From Antedon mediterranea (Eukaryota > Animalia > Echinodermata): a stretch of DNA of 64,000 nt. Where the stretch lies: the NCBI RefSeq assembly GCF_964355755.1, contig NC_092677.1, positions 27,763,175-27,827,174 of the forward strand, written 5' to 3'. The notes beneath the pieces were generated by a model. The model was given only the letters and a program-made list of their open reading frames with translations, ran no database searches and was not told where the DNA came from. The translations under genes were made by a program, and so were the position numbers. Positions within the stretch are counted from its first letter, which is position 1, and the number at the start of each line of letters is the position of its first letter. Below are positions 14,001 to 27,897 of the stretch, in pieces.

Positions 14001-17000
14001 AGTATATTGATATAAGCAGTGAGTTAGGCAGATCATAAGTCAGCTCTCCATAATTGCCTAAGTCACACAGCTGACTTAGGCAGAAACACAAACAATATAG
14101 TATATTGATATAAGCAGTGAGTTAGGCAATAGAGATCTCTATGGTTAGGCAGAAAAGCAAAACAAAAATTATGACTTAGACAATTTTGTTATGAGGCTGT
14201 CGATATCATCTATATACAAAAAATGCTACCTTTAAGTAACAAAATGTAATAGCATCAGCTCTTCAGATTAAAATTAACACTGATGATTTTAGAAATGGAA
14301 AGTAGCAATAAAAGAGAAAGAATTTGGGTTAAAAAATATAATATAAAAATGTATTTCTCATTTTATTTAAAAAATCATGAGTCTCCTCTCCTTAATTGCC
14401 TAAGTCACACAGCTGACTTAGGCAGAAACACAACAAAAAAAACGATCTGAGCATGTGCAAATGTATATAAAAGCACTCAGATAATGTACAGAGGGCAGTA
14501 TAATGATATAAGCAGTGAGTTAGGCAGATCATAAGTCAGCTCTCCTTAATTGCCTAAGTCACACAGCTGACTAGGGCAGAAACACAAAAAATATAGTATA
14601 TTGATATAAGCAGTGAGTTAGGCAGATCATAAGTCAGCTCTCTTTAATTACCTAAGTCACACAGCTGACTTAGGCAGAAACACAAAAAAATATAGTATAT
14701 TGATATAAGCAGTGAGTTAGGCAGATCATAAATCAGCTCTCCTTAATTGCCCAAGTCACACAGCTGACTGACGGAGAAACACAAAACATATAGTATATTG
14801 ATATAAGCAGTGAGTTAGGCAGATCATAAGTCGGCTCTCCTTAATTGCCTAAGTCACACAGCTGACTTAGGCAGAAACACAAAAAATATAGTATATTGAT
14901 ATAAGCAGTGAGTTAGGCAGATCATAAGTCAGCTCTCCTTAATTGCCTAAGTCACACAGCTGACTTAGGCAGAAACACAAAAAATATAGTATATTGATAT
15001 AAGCAGTGAGTTAGGCAGATCATAAGTCAGCTCTCCTTAATTGCCTAAGTCACACAGCTGACTTAGGCAGAAACACAAAAAATATAGTATAATGATATAA
15101 GCAGTGAGTTAGGCAGATCAAAGTCAACTCTTCTTAATTGCCTAAGTCACACAGCTGACTTAGGCAGAAACACAACAAATATAGTATATTGATATAAGCA
15201 GTGAGTTAGGCAGATCATAAGTCAGCTCTCCTTAATTGCCTAAGTCACACAGCTGACTTAGGCAGAAACACAAAAAATATAGTATATTGATATAAGCAGT
15301 GAGTTAGGCAGATCATAAATCAGCTCTTCTTAATTGCCTAAGTCACACAGCTGACTTAGGCAGAAACGCAAAAAATATAGTATATTGATATAAGCAGTGA
15401 GTTAGGCCATAGAGATCTCTATGGTTAGGCAGAAAAACAAAACAAAAATTATGACTTAGACAATTTTCTTATGAGGCTGTCGATATCATCTATAAACAAA
15501 AAATGCTACCTTTATGTAACAAAATGTAATAGCATCAGCTCTTCAGATTAAAATTAACACTGATGATTTTAGAAAAGGAAAGTAGCAATAAAAGAGAAAG
15601 AATTTGTAACAAATTGGTTAAAAAATATACTATAAAAATGTATTTCTCATTTTATTAAAAAGATCATGAGTCTCCTCTCCTTAATTGCCAAAGTCACACA
15701 GGTGACTTAGGCAGAAACACAAAAAAAAAAAACGATCTGAGCATGTGCAAATGTATATAAAAGCACTCAGATAATGTACAGAGGGCAGTATAATGATATA
15801 AGCAGTGAGTTAGGCAGATCATAAGTCAGCTCTCCTTAATTGCCTAAGTCACACAGCTGACTTAGGCAGAAACACAATAAAACAATCTGAGCATGTGCAA
15901 ATGTATATAAAAGCACTCAGATAATGCACAGAGGGCAGTATAATGATATAAGCAGTGAGTTATGCAGATCATAAGTCAGCTCTCCTTAATTGCCTAAGTC
16001 ACACAGCTGACTTAGGCAGAAACACAAAAATATAGTATATTGATATAAGCAGTGAGTTAGGCAGATCATAAGTCAGCTCTCCTTAATTGCCTAAGTCACA
16101 CAGCTGACTTAGGCAGAAACACAAAAAATATAGTATATTGATATAAGCAGTGAGTTAGGCAGATCATAAGTCAGCTCTCCATAATTGCCTAAGTCACACA
16201 GCTGACTTAGGCAGAAACACAAAAAATATAGTATATTGATATAAGCAGTGAGTTAGGGAGAAAAACAAATTATGACTTAGACACTTTTGTTATAAGGCTG
16301 TCGATATCATCTATATACAAAAAATGCTACCTTTAAGTAACAAAATTTGATAGCATCAGCTCTTCAGATTAAAATTAACACTGATGATTTTAGAAAAGGA
16401 AAGTAGCAATAAAAGAGAGAGAATTTGTAACAAATGGGTTAAAAAATATACTATAAAACTGTATTTCTCATTTTATTTAAAAAATCATGAGTCTCCTCTG
16501 CTTAATTGCCAAAGTCACACAGCTGACTTAGGCAGAAACACAAAAAAAAAAACGATCTGAGCATGTGCAAATGTATATAAAAGCACTCAGATAATGTACA
16601 GAGGGCAGTATAATGATATAAGCAGTGAGTTAGGCAGATCATAAGTCAGCTCTCCTTAATTGCCTAAGTCACACAGCTGACTTAGGCAGAAACACAAAAA
16701 AACGATCTGAGCATGTGCAAATGTACATAAAAGCACTCAGATAATGCACAGAGGGCAGTATAATGATATAAGCAGTGAGTTATGCAGATCATAAGTCAGC
16801 TCTCCTTAGCCTAATTGCCTATGTCACACAGCTGACTTAGGCAGAAACACAAAAAATATAGTATATTGATATAAGCAGTGAGTTAGGCAGATCATAAGTC
16901 AGCTCTCCATAATTGCCTAAGTCACACAGCTGACTTAGGCCGAAACACAAAAAATATAGAGAGAAAAACAAATTATGACTTAGACACTTTTGTTATGAGG

Positions 17001-17669
17001 CTGTCGATATCATCTATATACAAAAAATGCTACCTTTAAGTAACAACATTTGATAGCATCAGCTCTTCAGATTAAAATTAACACTGATGATTTTAGAAAA
17101 GGAAAGTAGCAATAAAAGAGAGAGAATTCTTAACAAATGGGTTAAAAAATATACTATAAAAATGTATTTCTTATTTTATTTAAAAAATCATGAGTCTCCT
17201 CTGCTTAATTGCCTAAGTCACACAGCTGACTTAGGCAGAATCTAAAAAAATATAGTATATTGATATAAGCAGTGAGTTATGCCGATCATATGTCAGCTCT
17301 CCTTAATTGCCTAAGTCACACAGCTGACTTAGGCAGAAACACAAAAAATATAGTCTATTGATATAAGCAGTGAGTTAGGCAGATCATAAGTCAGCTCTCC
17401 TTAATTGCCTAAGTCACACAGCTGACTTAGGCAGAAACACAAAAAATATAGTATATTGATATAAGCAGTGAGTTAGGCAGATCATAAGTCAGCTCTCCAT
17501 AATTGCCTAAGTCACACAGCTGACTTAGGCAGAAACACAAAAAATATAGTACATTGATATAAGCAGTGAGTTAGGCAATAGAGATCTCTATGGTTAGGCA
17601 GAAAAACAAAACAAAAATTATGACTTAGAAAATGTTGTTATGAGGCTGTCGATATCATCTATATACAAA

Positions 17670-18496
17670 CAAGGCCAACAGCCATTAAGTCGCGTGCTAC
17701 AATGCATAGTGATACCGGACCGACAGACAGACCGACAGACCGACAGACAGACCGACAGACAGACAGACAGACAGAGAGACAGACCGACCGACCGACATAG
17801 TGAACTATACTGACCGAAATTACTGAACATGTTTAAAAATGTTGAAATGTTTAAAAACATTTATTTTTTTTTAATTTACACGTGCGTAGCCTGTCACTTT
17901 CGACGTGCTCGTATAACGTAATTTCGAGTTGAAAAGTAAGTCAAGAAAACAGAAATCGGGCAAAAAGAGTGCGCAATAACATTTAACGCGCAGTGCGCGC
18001 GCAAAAATATGCGCACTCATGGCAATTTTGTAAACGCTTAAAATTGCCTGAAATGTACTCTTATTTCATCGAAAATAAATTTTGAAAATGTTAAGCGCGC
18101 GTACGCATGCGTTACATGCGCTACGCACGTAATTGTATTGCCATATGATGATTTATGCCCTGAAATTTATGAGTACCAAATTTTATTTAATTGTGAATCA
18201 TGGTTGTGAAGATATGATTACAAACGTGATTTCGTTAAATCGTGCGTAGACCGCGTAATTTTTTATTGCGCACCCACCGTGAAAACATAACCACATTGAT
18301 TCCTGGCCATAAGGAATATACTGTGAAAAATTGACCTAGCTAGATTAAACTGATATCAAGATAAGGTCAGAAAGCGATAAAACGCATAGTGATACCGGAC
18401 CGACAGACAGACAGACAGACCGACAGACAGACCGACAGACAGACAGACAGACCGACCGACCGACATAGTGAACTATAGATTCGCTTCCACGCGACT
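17670..18496 (-). mobile_element. Second copy of the HINE-like element, same insertion site (copied with its flanking satellite)
   Basis: Near-identical to 7246-8072 with identical flanks; offset 10,424 bp. Confidence 0.8.
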
Positions 18497-21400
18497 AAAA
18501 ATGCTACCTTTAAGTAACAAAATTTAATAGCATCAGCTCTTCAGATTAAAATTAACACTGATGGTTTTAGAAAAGGAAAGTAGCAATAAAAGAGAAAGAA
18601 TTTGTAACAAATGGGTTAAAAAATATACTATAAAACTGTATTTCTCATTTTATTAAAAAAATCATGAGTCTCCTCTCCTTAATTGCCTAAGTCACACAGC
18701 TGACTTAGGCAGAAACACAGAAAACAATCTGAGCATGTGCAAATGTATATAAAAGCACTCATATAATGTACAGAGGGCAGTATAATGATATAAGCAGTGA
18801 GTTAGGCAGATCAAAAGTCAGCTCTCCTTAATTGCCTAAGTCACACAGCTGACTTAGGCAGAAATTCAAAAAATATAGTATATTGATATAAGCAGTGAGT
18901 TAGGCAGATCATAAGTCAGCTCTCCTTAATTGCCTAAGTCACACAGCTGACTTAGGCAGAAATTCAAAAAATATAGTATATTGATATAAGCAGTGAGTTA
19001 GGCAGATCATAAGTCAGCTCTCCTTAATTGCCTAAGTCACACAGCTGACTTAGGCAGAAACACAAAAAATATAGTATAATGATATAAGCAGTGAGTTAGG
19101 CAGATCAAAAGTCAACTCTTCTTAATTGCCTAAGTCACACAGCTGACTTAGGCAGAAACACAAAAAATATAGTATATTGATATAAGCAGTGAGTTAGGCA
19201 GATCATAAGTCAGCTCTCTTTAATTGCCTAAGTCACACAGCTGACTTAGGCAGAAACACAAAAAATATAGTATATTGATATAAGCAGTGAGTTAGGCAGA
19301 TCATAAATCAGCTCTTCTTAATTGCCTAAGTCACACAGCTGACTTAGGCAGAAACGCAAAAAATATAGTATATTGATATAAGCAGTGAGTTAGGCCATAG
19401 AGATCTCTATGGTTAGGCAGAAAAACAAAACAAAAATTATGACTTAGACAATTTTCTTATGAGGCTGTCGATATCATCTATATACAAAAAATGCTACCTT
19501 TATGTAAAAAAATGTAATATCATCAGCTCTTCAGATTAAAATTAACACTGATGATTTTAGAAAAGGAAAGTAGCAATAAAAGAGAAAGAATTTGTAACAA
19601 ATGGGTTAAAAAATATACTATAAAAATGTATTTCTCATTTTATTAAAAAGATCATGAGTCTCCTCTCCTTAATTGCCAAAGTCACACAGCTGACTTAGGC
19701 AGAAACACAAAAATAACCGATCTGAGCATGTGCAAATGTATATAAAAGCACTCAGATAATGTACAGAGGGCAGTATAATGATATAAGCAGTGAGTTAGGC
19801 AGATCATAAGTCAGCTCTCCTTAATTGCCTAAGTCACACAGCTGACTTAGGCAGAAACACAAAAAAATATAGTATATTGATATAAGCAGTGAGTTAGGCA
19901 GATAATAAGTCAGCTCTCCTTAATTGCCTAGGTCACACAGCTGACTTAGGCCAAAACACAAAAAATATAGTATATTGATATAAGCAGTGAGTTAGGCAGA
20001 TCATAAGTCAGCTCTCCTTAATTGCCTAAGTCACTCAGCTGACTTAGGCAGAAACACAACAAATATAGTATATTGATGTAAGCAGTGAGTTAGGCAGATC
20101 ATAAGTCAGCTTTCCTTAATTGCCTAAGTCACACAGCTGACTTAGGCAGAAACACAAAAAATATAGTATATTGATATAAGCAGTGAGTTAGGCAGATCAT
20201 AAGTCAGCTCTCCATAATTGCCTAAGTCACACAGCTGACTTAGGCAGAAACACAAAAAATATAGTATATTGATATAAGCAGTGAGTTAGGCAATAGAGAT
20301 TTCTATGGTTAGGCAGAAAAACAAAACAAAAATTATGACTTAGACAATTTTGTTATGAGGCTGTCGATATCATCTATATACAAAAAATGCTACCTTTATG
20401 TAACAAAATGTAATAGCATCAGCTCTTTAGATTAAAATTAACACTGATGATTTTAGAAAAGGAAAGTAGCAATAAAAGAGAAAGAATTTGTAACAAATGG
20501 GTTAAAAAATAAACTATAAAAATGTATTTCTCATTTTATTAAAAAAATCATGAGTCTCCTCTCCTTAATTGCCAAAGTCACACAGCTGACTTAGGCAGAA
20601 ACACAAAAAAAAAAAACGATCTGAGCATGGGCAAATGTATATAAAAGCACTCAGATAATGTACAGAGGGCAGTATAATGATATAAGCAGTGAGTTAGGCA
20701 GATCATAAGTCAGCTCTCCTTAATTGCCTAAGTCACACAGCTGACTTAGGCAGAAACACAAAAAATATAGTATATTGATATAAGCAGTGAGTTAGGCAGA
20801 TCATAAGTCAGCTCTCCTTAATTACCTAAGTCACACAGCTGACTTAGGCAGAAACACAAACAAATATAGTATATTTATATAAGCAGTGAGTTAGGCAGAT
20901 CATAAGTCAGCTCTCCTTAATTGCCTAAGTCACACAGCAGAATTAGGCAGAAACACAAAAAAAAAAAAACGATCTGAGCATGTGCAAATGTATATAAAAG
21001 CACTCAGATAATGTACAGAGGGCAGTATAATGATATAAGCAGTGAGTTAGGCAGATCATACGTCAGCTCTCCTTAATTGCCTATGTCACACAGCTGACTT
21101 AGGCAGAAACACAAAAAATATAGTATATTGATATAAGCAGTGAGTTAGGCAGATCATAAGTCAGCTCTCCTTAATTGCCTAAGTCACACAGCTGACATAG
21201 GCAGAAACACAAAAAATATAGTATATTGATATAAGCAGAGAGTTAGGCACAGCATAAGTCAGCTCTCCATAATTGCTTAAGTCACACAGCTGACTAAGGC
21301 AGAAACGCAAAAAAATATAGTATATTGATATAAGCAGTGAGTTAGGCCATAGAGATCTCTATGGTTAGGCAGAAAAACAAAACAAAAATTATGACTTAGA

Positions 21401-24400
21401 CAATTTTGTTATGAGGCTGTCGATATCATCTATATACAAAAAATGCTACCTTTATGTAACAAAATGTAATAGCATCAGTTCTTCAGATTAAAATTAACAC
21501 TGATGATTTTAGAAAAGGAAAGTAGCAATAAAAGAGAAAGAATTTGTAACAAATGGGTTAAAAAATATACTATAAAAATGTATTTCTCATTTTATTAAAA
21601 AAATCATGAGTCTCCTCTCCTTAATTGCCAAAGTCACACAGCTGACTTAGGCAGAAACACAAAAAAAAAACAAACGATCTGAGCATGTGCAAATGTATAT
21701 AAAAGCACTCAGATAATGTACAGAGGGCAGTATAATTATATAAGCAGTGAGTTAGGCAGATAATAAGTCAGCTCTCCTTAATTGCCTAAGTCACACAGCT
21801 GACTTAGGAAGAAACACAAAAAATATAGTATATTGATATAAGCAGAGTTAGGCAGAGCATAAGTCAGCTCTCCATAATTGCTTAAGTCACACAGCTGACT
21901 TAGGCAGAAACGCAAAAAATATAGTATATTGATATAAGCAGTGAGTTAGGCCATAGAGATCTCTATGGTTAGGCAGAAAAGCAAAACAAAAATTATGACT
22001 TAGACAATTTTGTTATGAGGCTGTCGATATCATCTATATACAAAAAATGCTACCTCTATGTAACAAAATGTAATAGCATCAGCTCTTCAGATTAAAATTA
22101 ACACTGATGATTTTGAAAAAGGAAAGTAGCAATAAAAGAGAAAGAATTTGTAACAAATGGGTTAAAAAATATACTATAAAAATGTATTTCTCATTTTATT
22201 AAAAAAATAATGAGTCTCCTCTCCTTAATTGCCAAAGTCACACAGCTGACTTAGGCAGAAACACAAAAAAAAAACGATCTGAGCATGGGCAAATGTATAT
22301 AAAAGCACTCAGATAATGTACAGAGGGCAGTATAATGATATAAGCAGTGAGTTAGGCAGATCATAAATCAGCTCTCCTTAATTGCCTAAGTCACACAGAT
22401 GACTTACGGAGAAACACAAAACATATAGTATATTGATATAAGCAGTGAGTTAGGCAGATCATAAGTCGGCTCTCCTTAATTGCCTAAGTCACACAGCTGA
22501 CTTAGGCAGAAACACAAAAAATATAGTATATTGATATAAGCAGTGAGTTAGGCAGATCATAGGTCAGCTCTCCTTAATTGCCTAAGTCACACAGCTGACT
22601 TAGGCAAAAACACAAAAAATATAGTATATTGATATAAGCAGTGACTTAGGCAGATCATAAGTCAGCTCTCCTTAATTGCCTAAGTCACTCAGCTGACTTA
22701 GGCAGAAACACAACAAATATAGTATATTGATGTAAGCAGTGAGTTAGGCAGATCAAAAGTCAGCTCTCCTTAATTGCCTAAGTCACACAGGTGACTTAGG
22801 CAGAAACACAAAAAATATAGTATATTGATATAAGCAGTGAGTTAGGCAGATCATAAGTCAGCTCTCCATAATTGCCTAAGTCACACAGCTGACTTAGGCA
22901 GAAACACAAACAATATAGTATATTGATATAAGCAGTGAGTTAGGCAATAGAGATCTCTATGGTTAGGCAGAAAAGCAAAACAAAAATTATGACTTAGACA
23001 ATTTTGTTATGAGGCTGTCGATATCATCTATATACAAAAAATGCTACCTTTAAGTAACAAAATGTAATAGCATCAGCTCTTCAGATTAAAATTAACACTG
23101 ATGATTTTAGAAATGGAAAGTAGCAATAAAAGAGAAAGAATTTGGGTTAAAAAATATAATATAAAAATGTATTTCTCATTTTATTTAAAAAATCATGAGT
23201 CTCCTCTCCTTAATTGCCTAAGTCACACAGCTGACTTAGGCAGAAACACAAAAAAAAAAACGATCTGAGCATGTGCAAATGTATATAAAAGCACTCAGAT
23301 AATGTACAGAGGGCAGTATAATGATATAAGCAGTGAGTTAGGCAGATCATAAGTCAGCTCTCCTTAATTGCCTAAGTCACACAGCTGACTAAGGCAGAAA
23401 CACAAAAAATATAGTATATTGATATAAGCAGTGAGTTAGGCAGATCATAAGTCAGCTCTCTTTAATTACCTAAGTCACACAGCTGACTTAGGCAGAAACA
23501 CAAAAAAATATAGTATATTGATATAAGCAGTGAGTTAGGCAGATCATAAATCAGCTCTCCTTAATTGCCCAAGTCACACAGCTGACTGACGGAGAAACAC
23601 AAAACATATAGTATATTGATATAAGCAGTGAGTTAGGCAGATCATAAGTCGGCTCTCCTTAATTGCCTAAGTCACACAGCTGACTTAGGCAGAAACACAA
23701 AAAATATAGTATATTGATATAAGCAGTGAGTTAGGCAGATCATAAGTCAGCTCTCCTTAATTGCCTAAGTCACACAGCTGACTTAGGCAGAAACACAAAA
23801 AATATAGTATATTGATATAAGCAGTGAGTTAGGCAGATCATAAGTCAGCTCTCCTTAATTGCCTAAGTCACACAGCTGACTTAGGCAGAAAGACAAAAAA
23901 AATATAGTATATTGATATAAGCAGTGAGTTAGGCAGAGCATAAGTCAGCTCTCCTTAATTGCCTAAGTCACACAGCAGAATTAGGCAGAAACACAAAAAA
24001 AAAAAACGATCTGAGCATGTGCAAATGTATATAAAAGCACTCAGATAATGTACAGAGGGCAGTATAATGATATAAGCAGTGAGTTAGGCAGATCATACGT
24101 CAGCTCTCCTTAATTGCCTATGTCACACAGCTGACTTAGGCAGAAACACAAAAAATATAGTATATTGATATAAGCAGTGAGTTAGGCAGATCATAAGTCA
24201 GCTCTCCTTAATTGCCTAAGTCACACAGCTGACTTAGGCAGAAACGCAAAAAATATAGTATATTGATATAAGCAGTGAGTTAGGCAGATCATAAGTCAGC
24301 TCTCCAGAATTGCCTAAGTCACACAGCTGAACCATTTTTTGAAAAACACTTGTAGTATAGTTTAGGGATTTTTTAGAAAAATTGTCGAATTTCGACCTTT

Positions 24401-25661
24401 TTATTTTTTGACAAATGGTTACTATAGGTCTATAAGATGATAATAAAGCAATATATGCGCATATATAGCAATATTATTGCATAATAATAGTATTTTGAAA
24501 AGTCTCTATTTCGACCTTTTTACTTTTGACATTTTTTATATATATTATATATTGGCATCCGAAGACGCACAACATAATGTGTTCTGCGCTTGTTACCTCA
24601 TTATTTATTGACAGGGAAATTGCGTCTTTTTTGTCATACCTCCTATAATTAGATTTTCTTTAAAAAAAAGTGAATTTCTAAAAGTCGAACTAGGTAAAAG
24701 AAAATAATATTTTTTTTTCGCGTGTTATTTGTTTTCGCGTTATATTTTTGTTTTGTTTTTTTTTTTTGTTTTTTTTGTGCGTGTTATTTGTTTTCGCTAT
24801 TTCGAGAAGACGGTTTCGCGTTTTTACTTTTGCTGAAAGAAGAACTTAATTACACGGTTAGTGAAAGACTTGAACCACATACCTTTAAGTTGACACTCCG
24901 CTGCCTAACGTTTAACTCGTTGAGCCGTTGAACCCGGGTGAGTTGAAAGCTCTTTGTAATTGTGACGTATTTTGTTATTTAAATTCTGCTTGAAATGGAC
25001 CGTAGTTGAGGGTTCTTTAAATTAAAAAGCGCACTCTAGCGGACGTTTGGCATTCAATGTAATATCTCTGCTTTCTATAATAAAGAGGGAGATATTTATA
25101 TTACAGTAGTATTGCATTATACTAATTTACAGGCATAGTATAAATTATTCACCCTTACCCCTCAGCGCCCCCTCCCCGAAACTGATTTACTGAAAATAAA
25201 TTAAATTAATTTTATATTAATATTTCAACAGTTTGATAATTATTATATGCGCGTAATTTGTGCTAATATTGTTGTAAAGAGATTTCTAAAAACCCATTTT
25301 GACACTTTTTATACATCCTGTGAAATTGGTCGTAGGATCCAATTGTTATACCTTTGGGGAAAGTTATCCGAAGTCTAGAAAGAGTTTATAATACAGTACA
25401 AATGATGTACACTATTTTGTGACGTCATTCATTGTTTTTATTGCAAAATAATATAAATATTGAACAGCCTAAAGCTAGTAAAATAAACGGTGAAATATTA
25501 TTTTATTTAATACAGTAATCTTAATCTTTAATAGACAAAACTATAGATTTTTAACACAAAATATTATTATATTTTACTACTCCTTGTGAATTGAAAGATG
25601 CTAGAAACTAATAGATAACACTACTAGTAGTAGCTAGGTTGAAGTACATGATTGATGATAA

Positions 25662-25713
25662 CTATCGGTGATCATTTCCTACAGCTTCTGTAATATTCTT
25701 AAATCCATCTTCC
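25662..25713 (-). other. DHODH: Duplicated DHODH terminal coding exon, distal copy ([17 protein letters not shown])
   Basis: ttttag|G GAA GAT GGA TTT AAG AAT ATT ACA GAA GCT GTA GGA AAT GAT CAC CGA TAG; acceptor, phase and stop are intact. Confidence 0.85.
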
Positions 25714-26730
25714 CTAAAACAAATGGAAAAATTTAAATAAATTTACTTGTCTGATTATCTGACAAAGGGGAATTTATTTGGAAGAGGTAAAAGAAAATAA
25801 TTTTTTTTTGTGCGTGTTATTTGTTTTCGCGTTATATTTGTTTTTTTTTTGTGCGTGTTATTTGTTTTCGCTATTTCGAGAAGACGGTTTCGCGTTTTTA
25901 CTTTTGCTGAAAGAAGAACTTAATTACACGGTTAGTGAAAGACTTGAACCACATACCTTTAAATTGACACTCCGCTGCCTGACGTTTAACTCGTTGAGCC
26001 GTTGAACCCGGGTGAGTTGAAAGCTCTTTGTAATTGTGACGTATTTTGTTATTTAAATTCTGCTTCAAATGGACCGTAGTTGATGGTTCTTTGTAATTAA
26101 AAAGCGCACTCTAGCGGGACATTAGACAGTCAATGTAATATCCCTGCTTTCTATAATAAAGAGGGAGATATTTATATTACAGTAGTATTGCATTATACTA
26201 ATTTACAGGCATAGTAGAAATTATTCACCCTTACCCCTCCGCGCCCCCTCCCCGAAACTGATTTACTGAAAATAATTTTTTTATATTAATATTTCAACAG
26301 TTTGATAATTATTATATGCGCGTAATTTGTGCTAATATTGTTGTGAAGAGATTTCTAAAAACCCATTTTGACACTTTTTATACATGCTGTGAAATTGGTC
26401 GTAAGATCCAATTGTTATACCTTTGGGGAAAGTTATCCGAAATCTAGAAAGAGTTTATAATACAGTACAAATGATGTACACCATTTTGTGACGTCATTCA
26501 TTGTTTTTATTGCAAAATAATATAAATATTGAACAGCCTAAAGCTAGTAAAATAAACGGTGAAATATTATTTTATTTAATACAGTAATCTTAATCTTTAA
26601 TAGACAAAACTATAGATTTTTAACACAAAATATTATAATATTTTACTACTCCTTGTGAATTGAAAGATGCTAGAAACTAATAGATAACACTACTAGTAGT
26701 AGCTAGGTTGAAGTACATGATTGATGATAA

Positions 26731-26782
26731 CTATCGGTGATCATTTCCTACAGCTTCTGTAATATTCTTAAATCCATCTTCC
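26731..26782 (-). other. DHODH: Duplicated DHODH terminal coding exon ([16 protein letters not shown])
   Basis: Same 52-nt exon with intact AG acceptor and TAG stop. Confidence 0.85.
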
Positions 26783-27845
26783 CTAAAACAAATGGAAAAA
26801 TTTAAATAAATTTACTTGTCTGATTATCTGACAAAGGGGAATTTATTTGGAAGAGGTAAAAGAAAAATAATTTTTTTTTGTGCGTGTTATTTGTTTTCGC
26901 GTTATATTTGTTTTTTTTTCGTGCGTGTTATTTGTTTTCGCGTTATATTTGATTTTTTTCGTGCGTGTTATTTGTTTTCGCTATTTCGAGAAGACGGTTT
27001 CGCGTTTTTACTTTTGCTGAAAGAAGAACTTAATTACACGGTTAGTGAAAGACTTGAACCACATACCTTTAAGTTGACACTCCGCTGCCTGACGTTTAAC
27101 TCGTTGAGCCGTTGAACCCGGGTGAGTTGAAAGCTCTTTGTAATTGTGACGTATTTTGTTATTTAAATTCTGCTTCAAATGGACCGTAGTTGAGGGTTCT
27201 TTGTAATTAAAAAGCGCGCTCTAGCGGACGTTAGGCATTCAATGTAATATCTCTGCTTTCTATAATAAGAGGGAGATATTTATATTACAGTAGTATTGCA
27301 TTATACTAATTTACAGGCATAGTATAAATTATTCACCCTTACCCCTCAGCGCCCCCTCCCCGAAACTGATTTACTGAAAATAAATTAAATTAATTTTATA
27401 TTAATATTTCAACAGTTTGATAATTATTATATGCGCGTAATTTGTGCTAATATTGTTGTGAAGAGATTTCTAAAAACCCAGTTTGACACTTTTTATACAT
27501 GCTGTGAAATTGGTCGTAGGATCCAATTGTTATACCTTTGGGGAAAGTTATCCGAAATCTAGAAAGAGTTTATAATACAGTACAAATGATGTACACTATT
27601 TTGTGACGTCATTCATTGTTTTTATTGCAAAATAATATAAATATTGAACAGCCTAAAGCTAGTAAAATAAACGGTGAAATATTATTTTATTTAATACAGT
27701 AATCTTAATCTTTAATAGACAAAACTATAGATTTTTAACACAAAATATTATTATATTTTAATACTCCTTGTGAATTGAAAGATGCTAGAAACTAATAGAT
27801 AACACTACTAGTAGTAGCTAGGTTGAAGTACATGATTGATGATAA

Positions 27846-27897
27846 CTATCGGTGATCATTTCCTACAGCTTCTGTAATATTCTTAAATCCATCTTCC
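27846..27897 (-). other. DHODH: Duplicated DHODH terminal coding exon ([16 protein letters not shown])
   Basis: Same 52-nt exon with intact AG acceptor and TAG stop. Confidence 0.85.

Larger units (their letters stand above)
1..24330. repeat. Composite satellite array: 98-bp monomer (A), ~150-bp variant (C) and ~350-bp variant (B) in irregular higher-order order; runs off the left edge of the window
   Basis: AATTGCCTAAGTCACACAGCTGACTTAGGCAGAAAC recurs throughout (e.g. 608 to 706 = 98 bp). About 27 B blocks are marked by GAGGCTGTCGATATCATC. The array stops abruptly mid-monomer at ...CACAGCTGA|ACCATTTT (24330). Confidence 0.98.

Noticed and set aside
1-24330. CRISPR-like array (palindromic repeats at regular spacing)
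   Set aside because: The intervening sequences are themselves repeated rather than unique spacers, there are no cas genes, and the context is eukaryotic.
1-24330. TTAGG words as telomeric repeats
   Set aside because: They occur as isolated words within the monomer, never as tandem TTAGG or TTAGGG.
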